Part shown: positions 49,562 through 62,830 of the stretch, in pieces | How positions within the stretch are numbered: position 1 is the stretch's first letter | How the letters are laid out: each line of letters begins with the position of its first letter | Source: Selaginella moellendorffii | Taxonomy: Eukaryota > Plantae > Lycopodiophyta | Assembly: GCF_000143415.4 (NCBI RefSeq) | Contig: NW_003314275.1 | Span: 434,001 to 498,000 of the forward strand | Direction of reading: 5' to 3' | Length of the DNA stretch: 64,000 nucleotides | Program-made: the position numbers and the translations under genes | Notes under the pieces: generated by a model | What the model was told of the DNA's origin: nothing | Databases searched by the model: none | Seen by the model: only the letters and a program-made list of their open reading frames with translations

Positions 49562-52500
49562 GTGCTCGAGCAAGGAGAAGATATGAGAGAATTCTATTTG
49601 AAGTTCAATCAAGAGCCTCCAATTGTTTTCTCTAGGAGTGTTATAAGAGAGAACTTCCTCTGCAGAAGATTCAAGCTGAAGCCAGGATCAGTTAGTTTGG
49701 AGAATGTATGTCGTGATAAGGGTAATCAGATAGAAAAATCCATTCTTCTCGACAGTGGTGTGGGAGAGAATGGGATTCAATGGGATCTTGATAGATGTAC
49801 AGGTCAAGAGATTTTAGTTACAGGATCTCCGAAGCAAGGAGAGGAGAGCGCATCAGTTTCACAACCAACTATGCAAAGAGTGAAGGATGAAGTTATTATT
49901 CTCTCCAGTGACGAAAATGAAGAAGATGAGCTTCCTGACATAGCTTCCCAGACAAGTAGGTGTGTTCCTTCTGGACCAGTTTTTGAAGTGGTGGATAAGG
50001 CATTTCGGCAATCTCGATCATTACGGTTGGAATTGAAGGAGTTCCAGTACATGAGAGGTGAGGAGCTTCCTTCTTCCTATAATGGGAATATATTCTTCGA
50101 GTTTCCACCAGCAAGTTCGTCAAGTAGGAAAAGGGGTATGGAAACACGTCTTGATCCACATAATTGGTGCAGAGTAAAGACGACCCACTTCTCTCATTTC
50201 GATGCATCTGTGTCCATAGTCCATTGCGGTGGACAGCTTCAGTGTGTCGCTGAGAAATGCATTTCTGATCATGGCAAGAATATGTGTTTCTTTGAAGGCT
50301 CAGCAATCAATCCCCCTAGGCGTGATGAAGTTGCTACAGGATTTAGATGTCGCAAATGCGGGGCAACACCTGTGTGTCAAGCATGTTGCGATGCGAAAAT
50401 GTATTATTTTCTTCCACGGGATGGATGTTTAGGCAGAGCAGCAGTGCATATTGGATACCACCAACACGCAATTGAGGAAGGAATCCACCGTGATTCTTTT
50501 CGCAATTTGAAGACTGCTGTTACTACAGAGGCTAGGAAGAAAAGTGCAACAACTCCAAAGTGTGTTCAACAATCTATATTAAAGGATTATGTGGTGGACA
50601 TGTTGTTACAATCTGATAGCCAAAAAGAGTTCACGGAGAATAGCTTGAAGGACCTTCTTCGAAATATAAAACCTATGACAAATTTAAACAGGTATAAAAT
50701 TAACACTTAACTCTACTTTATCACTAATAACACTCTTTTTTTTGTAGAATAAAGAACTGGATGCGAGAAGGGCGAGATGGAAAGCTTCAATCTGGATTGG
50801 ATGGGATTTTGGAGCTAAAGAGAAAATGTCCCTATGAGTTTATTCATGGGAGCTTATTCGTTGGCCAAGTGACTTCGAACAATCAACGCCCTTTCATCTT
50901 TAAGATGTCTACCCTTGGTCCTGCTTCTGGTGTGGACCTTGTACAACGAATGGATATGGATGGAGATGGGGATTTAGCTAATTCCTAGATCCATTTTGAC
51001 CATATGGAACGAGTTTCAGGCTGGTCAACAATGGGAGCTCATGTTTATGATCACAAGTAAGTGGTTTTTCATTTTTTAAGGATCTATACCAATTTACATT
51101 ATAACCATTCCTTTTATAGGTTGCAGTGCAATTTGACTATAGCTATAGCTGAATTCAAGGTTCAAGATTTTCAAGCACAAACCATCTTTTGGACATGTAT
51201 GTCCGAGGTTGTTGAACAGCGAACCGGGAAGAAACCCAACTTCCGTGGTTTCATGGCAGATGCAGCTGGTGCTAACTGGTTGGCTGTACGACAAGTATTC
51301 GGAGGTGATAAAAGTCAGCCATTACAAAGTAGAGAGAAGAGTTGTGAGTTTCATTGGGCAAAGAGCGTCAATGAACATTGCCGATGCATCAAGTCTACCT
51401 TCCATCACGAGTTCAAGCAGCTTTGTCGGAAATGGATGGATGCACCAACTAAAGAGGAGCACGAGGCAAAGGCAAATGAAATGCGCATATGGTGGCGTGA
51501 AGGAGACAAAGTGCCAATTGAAAACCTTCCACAAATGGAATGCTGGCTTGCATGGTGGGAAGTTCGAATGTTTCAGTGGGGTCATTATACTCTCCATGTA
51601 AGCTTTCTCTCATTTTCTTTCTTGTCACATTCAAATGTTGCATTTTTTGTAGGATCAACCACTTGATGATATTGCACTTACACTAACAATTAATCTCTCT
51701 GAGAGCAAACATTGGAGTTGGAGAGCTTCCGAAGCAGGGAAAGGGAAAGTGTCCCTCTATGAAGCTACACTCTCCGACCTCACTAGATCTCTTGAGCAAT
51801 CATCAAAAGCTTTGGCTGCACAGGAAGCAAGGTTTGCTGGTACAGGTCCGAACTTAGACAGGCTTCAAGAGCGGGTTGGTAGAAGGACAACACCAGCAGC
51901 AGGGTCAAAGTCCAAGATGGTGGAGGAAGTTGTTGCTGGAACTCCTATGAAATCAAGTTATGAGCCACTTGGGGACATGAGAACAGCCCGTATGAAGCGT
52001 CGACAGACATTTGATGGGTCAAACATCACTCCTTCTAGCTCTCACCGTCCAGAGTTTGACTACCATTCTGTTCCACGACACCGGAAAAGAACTAAGGAAC
52101 ATGGAGTGGAGGAGGTGCCAGTTGTTACACAAGTAAGTCCAGTGCCAGAGGTTGAAAAGGTTATTTCTCGCGAGCCAGTTTCTCGTATCAACTGGGCAAT
52201 TCGAAGAGTCAGTGCCAAGAGCAATGCACGTTGCTCTGGAATGATTGGGAGTTGAGGTCAGTGTCTCGCTTTTGTGCGCTCAGGTTCAAGTTCTTCAGCA
52301 GTGCCATGTTTCTGGGGCTGTCGAGATCTAGGAGTGAAGGGCCGCCAGTCAAGCTGGATCTACTGTTGTGGGACTGATGTTACTCATACAAGCCGGATCC
52401 ACAGCTCAATTATTTTGAAGCCAGATTCTGTGCCAGAGGAGTGGCCAGTTGAGCGAAGCTGCAATCTTTTGAAAGAAGAGATTGAAAGTCTGGAGAGAGC

Positions 52501-52945
52501 AGGTTTCAAGCTAAAGACTTCCTCAAATGTTGCTGTTAGTACTGCTATGCCACCAATATCAACACTAGACCGGCATACACGACCAGCTAGGAATGGGAAG
52601 GCTATACAATACAGGTCTTCCATTTCAAAAGGTGTACAAGAGAAGATCAAGCTGGCAAAAGAGCTAAAGTGCACAATCACAAAGACAAACTACATCAGTG
52701 CTATGGCTAAGGAGTTTATTATTGTGACTGAGTCATCAAAGGGTACGAGCTACACTGTTAAAATCTGCGAAAATCCATCCTGTACCTGTCCAAATTTTAC
52801 ACAGCGGGAGAACAGGGGAAAGGTATATTTAGCCTGCAAGCACATCTATTACATTTTTATGCAGGAACTAAACCAAGATCCTAAGATCGACCATCACATC
52901 CACCAGGCAAGCCTTACAGTTGCGGAGCTTGAGAAGTGTTTTTAG
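49562..52945 (+). pseudogene. MULE transposase with GCM/WRKY-like N-terminal zinc domain, DDE core and C-terminal SWIM finger (introns ~50692-50748, 51057-51119, 51598-51652; premature stops)
   Basis: NWC..CGGQLQC..CRKC..C..HIGYHQH; IHFDH, FMADA, CEFHW (CxxH), NLSES; CTCPNF..ACKHI. Confidence 0.85.
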
Positions 52946-53815
52946 ATTGCTTTTAGTGTTCGGATCTATATTTATATTTGTATTTTATTAGTCGAATTTA
53001 CTTGGAAATATAGATTAAATCAAAATTTGAAGAATGGAAAGATGTTGGTTCGGGACGAACCAATGTTTTTCTTGTGTTTGAGAAGCCGTGAGCTCAGCTC
53101 ATGAGCTCAACTCGTGAGCTCATAAGCTCAAAACCTACCCGGGCTCGTGATGGGGTTGATCCCGTACCAAAGAAGATATTCGAGTTGTTAGTATAGAATC
53201 AGCATATCTTTCCAAAGGATTTGCCGCCAGGGCTACTTCCTAGCTGTGAGGTTAATCATCGGATTGAGGTTATTCCGGGTTCTACACCACCTACAAAGGC
53301 TCCATATTGTCTAAACGTCAAGGAGATGGCTGAACTCAAGAAGCAACTCATAGAGCTTCTTGACAAAGGTTGCATAAAGATTGCACACTTCATTCCATCT
53401 ATGGGAACAATAAATGTGAAACAAGGAATAAAGCTCTTTTTCCATGAAGTAATGTAGGTTCGTGGTCTTCTTGAAGAGATGATCTCGGATAGAGATTCGA
53501 AGTTTACGGGGAAGTTTTGGGGCATACTATTCCAGTTGTTTGGTACCAAGTTGAAGTTTAGTATAGCTTATCATCCTCAAACCGATGGGTAGATTGAATG
53601 TGTGAATGCTCAAGTAGAGGATTATCTGCGGTACTATGTCATAGTAGACTAATGCGATTGGGTTGAGCATCTAGACACAGAAGAAATTTGTTATAACAAC
53701 ACATTTCACAGCACTACTAGTTATTCTCCATGGGAGATGCTGCAAGGGAATGCTCGTGAGGTGCCTTAACAGATTGTTATACCGAAACCAATGTCTAAAG
53801 TGTTGGTCCCAGCTG

Positions 53816-56800
53816 TGTTGGGGGAAGGAGGGGTGCCTCCCCCAACGCTCCCTCAAACACAAGAAATGCTTCAATGCTCTTTGCAAAATGCCCCCCAAGG
53901 GTTTTATACAAGGAAGATGGGGAAGATTTCGAGGACTAGAATATTCCCTCTCTCTCTCTCTCACTCTCTCGGTGGCCACGCCCTAACATGCGACCACGGT
54001 GGATCGCACTAGCTCTAGATGCATGAGAACCCTCCAAAGAGTGTAGAGTGTACCTCTGCTACTGATGCCAAGTGCTGGTAGCTGCGTGAAATAGTAGAAA
54101 CTCTAGAAAACAAAGTGGAAAAGAAAGAAAAGAGGTAGGTGTGAAGTTTGGAGATAGGGAGGAAAACCCGGTGGGAAACCCTGTAATCAAACTAGACCCT
54201 AAAGTTGAAGAAAAGTGTAGAAAAAGTGTAAAAAGAGGAGGAAAATAGAGGAAAAAGAGTGAGCACCCAAAGAACTTAACCTGTACTTGGATTTCGGCTC
54301 AAGAAAGTGTAATATGCAAATGCAGCCTCTTGATGACTTCCGATATGCTCCAAGGATTGGCTGAAATAGAGAAAGAAAGAGGGGTAGAAGAGGGGATGCA
54401 TTGCCCAAGGGTGGTAAGTGTGGAAGTGATGAAAGATGGAGTGATATGGTGGAGCGCCGAGATGGTGGTGGCACTCTGAAAAGGTGGCCATTGATAATAG
54501 TTGGCCTGTAGAGTAAGTGCTAACCACTCGGAGTAGCCGGTAACTAGTAACTGGTAACCACCTGCTCTCGCTCCTACTCCTGCGCCTGCTCCAGCACCGA
54601 TATGGTGGAGTGATATGGTGGAGTGCCAAGATGGCGGTGGCACTCTGAGAAGGTGGCCGTCTCTGAAACAAGAGTAACTGAAGAAGGCAACAACTAAAAA
54701 AGACAGCGTGGTCGCTGGGTTGCCGGTAAAGGGAGGTGGCATGTGTCCACTGAGTGTTGGAGTAGAAGAAAGTGGCTTTGGCTTCTATGGCCTCGCCTAA
54801 AGATCCACCTAGATGCCTTGAGTGAACAGGCTCACCCGATTGGAAGAAAGTCGCTCCAGAAAAGCTAGTGTGTCATTGGCAAATGGTCGTAAGGACATCT
54901 CGGAAACAGCACCTCCAAATGAGGTGGTGTCTTTTGCTTCTGGTGCATGTATGTGCATCTGTGGTATGGTGTAAATGTGACCTCAAGCGGAGATGTGAAT
55001 GATGGTGAAAGAATGAAAGATGCAAGACAGGCATCTAAAGATAAGTGCGGGCAACGCTATTGGAAGTGATTGGTGATGGAACTGTGAATATAGATGATAT
55101 GGAATGAGTGAGGGGAATGTGTGGGGTGTAGTAATGGTAAGGGAAGGGCTAAAGAACCTAGAACATAGACCAAGCCAAGTGAGGAACCTCCATACAAATG
55201 GCAATATAGCTTGAGTGCGAAATCCAAGGCATGGGCCATGGTCCAATGGAGAAACACCCTCTAAAAGTAAGAAAAGTAGCCATGAAAGTAAAGTGAAAGA
55301 AAGGAAGAAAAAGAAAAAGAAAAGAAGAAGAACACCTCACCGAATGAAGCATTTGATATGAGAGTGGTTGTGAGCGTGTGGGAGCTCATGTGTATCAACA
55401 TCAACTAGCACATATGCTCCACCTCCGGTGTGTCACTGGACAAAGTAGGGGCCGGTCCAGCGAGGGGAGAACTTCGAAGGTGGCATAAACTCCTTGAGTA
55501 GAACTAGATTGCCATCCTCGAATGGTTCAGCAGACTGCTGGTGATCGATGACTGACTTGATCTTCTTCTTGCCTCAAAGGAGATGTTCAGTCGTGGATTG
55601 TCGCTGTTCTTCCAAGGCAAGAACTTCCAAGTCACGTGCATGAAGCTTGTCCCCATCGCTAAGTTGCATTGCTGCTGCGTATCGAAGTGAAAGTGAGAGT
55701 GATGGCACTTGGATCTCCACTAGAAGCACGGATTCTGTCCCATAGACAAGGGAGAATGGGGTTGCAGAGATGGATGTCTTGAAGGACGTCCGAAAGGCTC
55801 ACAACGCCGTAACCAAGTGCTCGTGCCAACGCCTTGGGTGATCCTCCATAGCCTTTGAGATGACTGTTTTCAATATCTTGTTGCTGGACTTCGCCTGGCC
55901 ATTGCACTCAGAATAATAGCTGCTGCTCTTCACATGCTTGACCTGCAGCTGTTGGAGGAGATGCTGCATCACCTGTCCAAGGAAGTTGCTGCCACGATCT
56001 GAAACCAAAATAGCAGGAACTCTTAATCGGCAAATGATGTACTCATAGACAAACTTTGTTGTAGACTATTGATCTGCCTGTCACAAAGGGGTGGCCTCAA
56101 CCCATTTTGTGAAATAGTCCGTTGCCACGATGATGTAACGCTGTCCTTTTGAGCTCGGTGGGTTGATCAGGCCGACGAAGTCAAGTCTTCACTGGAAAAA
56201 GGGAGCCGGAGAAGTGATGAGCTGGAAAGGAAGACGTGGAACATACCTCCAGGGGTTGAACCGTTGGCACTGCTCACATGCCTTTGCATAGGCCAAGCTG
56301 TCCTGGTGAATCCGAGGCCAAAAGTAGACATGGCGCAAGAGGAGTTGTGCTGTGACCCATCCCGAGAAATGCCCCGCACAAGAGTGGAAAACGCGAAGGA
56401 GTGCAGGGACCTCGTGTTCCCTCACACACCGCAACAAAACTTCTTGACAAGTCCTCCTGTAAAGGTGTCTATCGAGAAGGCAAAACCCCATGCTCGGATC
56501 TCCAATGCCTTTTGTTGTACGGGTGAGGAATTTGTTGGGAACTGACCTGAATCCAGGTACACCACAATGTCCTGTAATGCTGCTGGGACCACAAAGGAAG
56601 TAGCTTCATCAACCAGGAACTCACTCAGATCCATCACACGCTGCCGCCGCATGTGAAAAGTTGGCTGGAACTCTTGGATGGTCACAATCCAAGATAAAGT
56701 ACGAGGACTATGAACCAGTTGCTGTAAAAGAAAGGTCAGAACATTAAAATAGATGTGGAAATGGATACAGGCTCCAGCAAGAAAGTGATGAAATCGCTCC

Positions 56801-59800
56801 AAGGTATAAACAACAGCCACTGCTTCTTTTTCTGCATCCACGTACTTCTTCTCAGTCTCCTTGAACAAATATGAGGCATAGTATGTTGCATGTGGTGGCT
56901 TGCCAAGTTGTGAACAGTGGCAAAGGCATACTCCAAAAGCCTCTGTACCTGTTGTGATGTAAATGTCGAAAGGAAGTTGACATTCTAGTGGTTGGAGTAC
57001 TGGGGCCATGCAGAGTGACTGCTTCAGTGATTCAAAGGCTTGTTGTTGGGACTCACCCTAGAAAAATGGAACATTGTGTTGTAGTAGAGCCAGTGTCCAG
57101 CCATCTCATCCACAATCGCATCGATAAATGGAGTTGGAAAGTGATCTTTCGTAGTTGCCTTGTTCTTGTCTCGAAAATATACACAGAGGTGGAGTTTTCC
57201 ATTTGCCTTGCATGTAGGGACGAGATTGGCCGCCCACTCTGAACTCTCCAAAGGGTAAATAAATCCGGCTGCCAAAAGTCACTCGATCTCCAACTTCATC
57301 TCTAAGTGAGCTGCCGAGCTGAAACACCGCATCTTTTGACGGACTGGTTTGGCTATCTCTGAAAGCACAATATTATGCATGATTGTGTCCATGGGAACTC
57401 CTAGAAGCTAGCTATAGTCCCAAGCAAACACGTCCTTGAAACAGTGGAGGAGATCCAAGAGCTTTGCTGCGTTTGTTGAAGCAAGTGATGTGGCAATAAA
57501 GACCGGGTCCTTGTCATCTCCTAGGAAAACAGCGTGAACCCTAGAGTCTGGAGAAACCTTGGGCTTAGGGGGCTCATCTATCTCGGATTCCTCTCTGACC
57601 TTGGAAACCAAAGAGCAGGGAGTGCCTTTTGCCTCTTGCATCATGGTGATTGCTTGATGTGATAACCTGTCTGCCCAAAAGTTTTCTTCACAAGGGGCAC
57701 TTTGAAAAGTCACCTGAGAGAACTCATCCTTCAGGTTGACCGCCTGCTGCCATAGCTCTTTCAGGTTCTCTTTGCAGACTTGGTATTCTCCAATAAGTTG
57801 GCGTATGATGAGTTGCGCATCTCCAACGAACTTCATGGCACTAATAGCCATCAAGTACTCTGCTTCATTGGCTGATGTTGCTAGCGAAGTGATAGAGAGG
57901 TCGGCTACTTTGTTCTCCGTGGAATCAATCATCCAAACTCCAATGCCGGCAACCTGGTTTTTGTGGTAGAAAGCACCGTGAAAATAAGCTGTAATCATAG
58001 GAGTGTCCTCTTCTTTAAATAAAGAAGCTGGGGCCACCACATCCGGCAAGACCATCTCTGGCAAGTCTGGCAAGAACATTGCTATTGGATCTGGAGTCTT
58101 TGCCTGTTGTTCTCTTTGCTTTTGATGCTTTGAGCGCTCGATGTCCAATGCTAGGACTGTAGCCAAGTACTCTGCAAGTGAAGGAAGATCCTCCACTGAA
58201 GTCCAGTTCAAGTCTGGTGCTGAAGTTTCAGTGTAATACACAGACCTGTACTGGGAGCTCCACGGTATGAAATTTTGAACTCCAAGAGCTATAACTTGCA
58301 TGCAGCATGTCCGATTGGCTTGATTCTTTCTACTAGTTCTGTGTCTGGATGTCATCCTCCATCTCCAAGAAATGGCATGAAAAAATACTCTTGGAGTCAT
58401 CAGTTACTGCGATTTTAGTAGGAAGATGCTAGCTGTGTGACACCTCAGATAGTTGTTGAGGAGGATTGAGTTCGGTTGTGTCCTGCGAAAGATGGGTCTG
58501 ATCTAGAGTGACTGTGTGATCAAGCTCCATAAGAGAGAGTTGGTCCCATGCAAAAAATGAATTGAGGAGCCCTTCCTCTATCAAAAAACACTCCGGAAAG
58601 TTGGATATGGGAGCCCGTACCTTATAAGCCCCGCCATCAAATAAAGAGGGCGTGTCTAGAGGCTCGGCCTTACTCTCAAATAAAGAGAGTGAAGGTGAGA
58701 GATGTCTCGGGCTATTTGACTCGCCTCCAACCATATCAATCGCATTGCATGAGAAAGCATCCATCATATAGATGGTCGACTCCAGTGCCAATTCAAGAAA
58801 AACCTCTGTGAGCTCAGGAGGAAAGTATGGTGTGGAGGCCATCTTAGTTGGAGCCCTGCTGGGCTTCTTGAAAAAGAGCTCTGCCGTGGTTGTTGAGAAA
58901 AGTGGTGCTATGGGTTCCATCGCTAATTTCCATCTTGCCTTTTGCACTGTCAATCGTGCAATGGGCCGTGACTTGCCATGAGCAGCCAAGAATGATAGGG
59001 TCCTTCAATGAAGGTGTTCCAAGACATTGGTAGTCAACCACGAGGAAATTTACCTCAGAAATAACACCCTGCACTGAGACCTTGACACTACAGCAAATGC
59101 CCACTGGAGGAATGGTGTGGTTGGCAAAGGTCTTGAGCACAATGGAGGATCTCTCAGTGATCTATAGCTATGCTGATAGGGCAGCTTTGAGAGAGATAAT
59201 GTTTCTTCCATGTCGACATGACAAGATATGGTAATCCTGGTCCAATCTTCGTCCCGGTGCAGATTGATACTTCCTCTTGTAAGATGGATGCTTTGATTGA
59301 ATCCAGTTCATGTGCACCTCTTGAGGAGTCCTCTTGAGAGTGCTCTTTGGTGTTCCTGACCATGCAAACTCCTGTAAACACTGGCCGAATCTCGGGACAA
59401 GACACAACATGTCTCGAAGCGAAAAGGTGACGGGAGTGTCAACCAGCTGTTGAAAAACCGGCTCCAGAACAGAAATAGCTGTTGGTGAGATCTCAGGAGG
59501 AGAAGAGAGTACTAACTTGAAGGGGAGCTTACAAGCCATCCTCTGTGTCACTGGATCTGGTGCCGACAGAGATTCACTCTTAACCGCCGCCGGGGGATTT
59601 GTGGCAGGCTAAGCGGGTGTCTTCTTCTTCACTTGGGCTCAAGTGGCTGCGGTTGGTGCTGTTGCCTATAGAGTTCCTAGGCTACCAAAATCGTGTTGAC
59701 CGATGAGGCTAGTGCCTTGCCTTTCCTTGACAAAGGGGCTGCCTCAATTGCTTGTTGCTCCAGCTGCTCCTGATATGTCTCTGGACCCTGAGATGATGTG

Positions 59801-61971
59801 GAATTATCACCAAAGGGATGTTGTTGGACACGTTGAGAAGGTGAAGGCTGAAGTAGCTCTGGGTGAAGTTTGAAATAGCACTGTGTGTTGTGTATGGTAG
59901 TCTCGTAGTGAGTGCACCAACGGGATTTAAATCTGCATTCCCGAGCTGTAGTGGCCTCTTTTCTGGACTCCACCAGCTCCTAGAGAAATTTGTCATGGTG
60001 TGATTGTTGTTGAAGAATGATCTCTTTAGCTGCTGCATCTCATTGGCAAAGTCCTCAAAAGCCGGAGGTGTATGCTCAATAGCGACGGGCTTTGGTGTGG
60101 ACGGGCAAACAGTTGCACAAGGTGACTCCGACGAGGTGATCGCTTGGTCGAAATCAACTCTAGCAATCCCCAGGTCAACAAGAAGCTCTATTTCCAGCTT
60201 TATGGCAAATGAAAATGCCTTGCAGCAAGACTTGAATGTCTTCTTAAGACGTTTCTGTTGCAAGTTCCTATGCAGACCCACTGTGAATGCCGTGATCCCC
60301 TATTGCTCATCTTGGACTACTCTGTGATCCCAACACTACTTCCAGTATGCTCAAAACCGGGTGATGTAGTCAGGAACAGACTCGTGAGCACCTTGCCAGA
60401 ACGAAAAGAGGTCAACAAGTAGCCGATTTGTGGGTTTTCCTTCGACGAAACGTTCTCTGAAAGAAGCAAGTAGTGTCTAGAAGTCTGTCCGGTCCTTTGG
60501 GAGGAGAGAATCTGCCCAAGTTGTTGCTTTTTCTTTGAGAGACTGCAAGAAGTCACGACACATACGATCATCATCAATGATCATGTTTGTGGTGCAGTAG
60601 TAATCAAAGCGACTAATATGCGATGTTGGAGAGACTGTTCCAAAACCTGAGAAGGTCGGCAGATCACTCACCTTCTACAGAACATGGAGCTGAGGTCGAG
60701 CTAAAGGTGGCTGGGCCATAGCTCGTAGATCTAAGTCATTGGAATCTGCCAAAGATGAAGAAGACTCAGCCCAAGAAGGTGCAGTGTCGTTTTCTCAAAG
60801 TTGCCCAAAATGCCTGTGATGAAGAGAAATAAGGGTGAAAATGGAGATATAAGCCCCAAGCATACATAATCATTGATCCGTGGGGTAACCGCCGAAGTAG
60901 CCGCTAGAGTAGCCGCTAGAGTAACCGGTAACTAGTAACTGGGGACCTGTAACTTGTAACTGGTAACCCCCCTGCTCTCACTCCTACTCCTGTGCCTGCT
61001 CCAACACCAACTCCTATCCCTGTGCCTGTTCCTACTATTACCTGTTCCTTGAAGATTGCTTCGCTCCCAAGGAACCCCCAACAAAGTTTAGCCCGAAAGA
61101 GAAAAATGAGTCCTCTAGTCTTGATCCTTTTCCATTTTCACTGTTGGTGGGCTTGTTGGAAAGAGCTTAGCCCCGTCTACCCTCTATCAAAGGAATTAGT
61201 GAAGAAGCCACCTCAATATTCCCCAAAATTTACGAAGAGGTAGCCCAGAATGCCAACATTGTGGAAAAACATGTGCATGTCCATGATGTAGATCGCTACT
61301 GAGGCGCCATTGGTATTTCTGGAAAGCCTAAGACCAGAAGCACCTCTAGAAACAAACGGCATCCAAAACAAAGCCCGGAGGAGCACAAATTCTTGCTATA
61401 AAGATGACCCAATCTAGCCGAAGAAAAAAACCCTTTTGCATGCCGTCAATTCACTCAAATCTAGTGCCAAGAATCACCACTACTCATAGATCTAGGCCAT
61501 ATCTACAAATCCAAATGCACTACCTTAAGAAATTGGGCCAAGGATCAAGGCAAGAAAATGAAAACCAAAATGTTCATCCAACCGAACCAAGAAATGTTGT
61601 ATCTCTTCAAATACTACACGGCTTGATGAGTGTCATACCTTGCTAGAAAGAGGAACTCCAGGTCTATCCAACATGCCCAAAATCAAATAAAACCACCATA
61701 AGACGAACAAAGAGTTCCTTCCCAAAGTCTACAACCAAAAGAAAAAGAGAGAAATGACGCTTTAGAAAGTGCTGCGCGTCATATCGGGTTCACCATTTGT
61801 TGGGGGAAGGAGGGGCACCTCCCCCAACACTCGCTCAAACACAAGAAATTCTTCAATTCTCTTCGCAAAATGCCCCCCTTTGCCCTTGTGGGCCAAGGAA
61901 GATGGGGAATATTCCAAGGACTAGAATATTCCCTCTCTCTCTCTCACTCTCTCGGTGGCCACGCCCTAACA
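53816..61971 (-). mobile_element. Tat-like Ty3/gypsy element A2, both LTRs present (53816-53988 and 61798-61971), RT core deleted
   Basis: ~173-bp TG..CA LTRs; TSD GCTG; removal restores host integrase LVPAVETYAE. Order gag-PR-aRH-RT-RH-INT; deletion junction near 57085. Confidence 0.92.
61779..61795 (-). promoter_or_regulatory. Primer-binding site of A2, complementary to the tRNA-Trp 3' end
   Basis: TGGTGAACCCGATATGA lies 2 nt from the LTR. Plant tRNA-Trp, as recalled, would give TGGTGAACCCGACGTGA (CG->TA decay). Confidence 0.7.
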
Positions 61972-62830
61972 GCTGTTGAGACTTATGCGGAGTAGCTACG
62001 CCAAGGTTGGTCTAGAGCTACTGAGGCAATGGGCAAAGCTCAGGATAGGTATTTACGTGATAAGGAATAGCATCATCAGGATGTATCCTATCAAGTGGGA
62101 GATCAAATGTGACTATCTTACCAGAATTTGAACATTAAGGGATCTTTGTCTCGGAAGCTGTTACCGAGATATGTTAGACTTTATCAGGTGTTGAAACAAA
62201 TTGGTGATGTATCCTATCTGTTGGATCTGCCTACGGAGATGTCTAATGTTCATAATGTATTTCATGCCAATCTATTGGCTCCTTACACTATGGATGTTGC
62301 ACGACACAAGGAGATTCATCCGTCACTAGATGTTGTGGACAGTAAACTAGAATATGAAGTTGAAGCTATCTTGGATTCTCGGTTTCAGAGATGGGCTCAT
62401 GCGAAGGAATATCTAATTAAGTGGAAAGGTTACCCATCTTGAAAGATACTTATCGGCCAGTCCTTACAGACACTCTTTCCTTATTGCCATGACGGAAGGA
62501 GGTCGGTACAGTTGGATCCCTTTGGTAGCCCCTCTTGTGCTAGTGGAGTTAACTAAGCATTTCGAGTGTACTTAAACCAAACAAGCATAAAGATGGAATT
62601 TTTACATGCTATTAGCTAAGTATACTTAGCCCAGTAAAGAGTTCTTGTCTTGTTGTGTTTTGCACTGGTTAGTAACAAGAACCCTTACGTATTGAGACTA
62701 ATCCCTCAATATCACTGGATGATAGCTTACCGTATCTGCCAAACACCCTCACTATCATACCTTTTGTGTTAGTCTCATTTCGGTCCCAAATGCTAATTAT
62801 GGAAAGTGTTTAGATTCGCTCATTTGGCAT

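Larger units (their letters stand above)
44133..53146 (+). mobile_element. 9.0-kb Mutator-like (MULE) DNA transposon with divergent cargo gene
   Basis: 9-bp TSD GTGATGGGG (44124-44132 and 53147-53155); short degenerate TIRs sharing GGGTAG(T/G)TTTTGAGCT; MULE transposase. Confidence 0.88.
42380..62442 (+). mobile_element. Degenerate chromovirus-type Ty3/gypsy element C in three pieces (42380-44132, 53147-53815, 61972-62442); most of RT/RH deleted; LTRs not identified
   Basis: gag remnants, CFHCGESGHRSSKC, MIDTRA protease, DLPPGL..HRIEV RT start fused to KIAHFIP integrase, AYHPQTDG, EYEVEAIL..YLIKWKGY chromodomain. Confidence 0.8.

Noticed and set aside
62443-62830. 3' LTR of element C
   Set aside because: No PPT and no partner repeat within the window; left unassigned.
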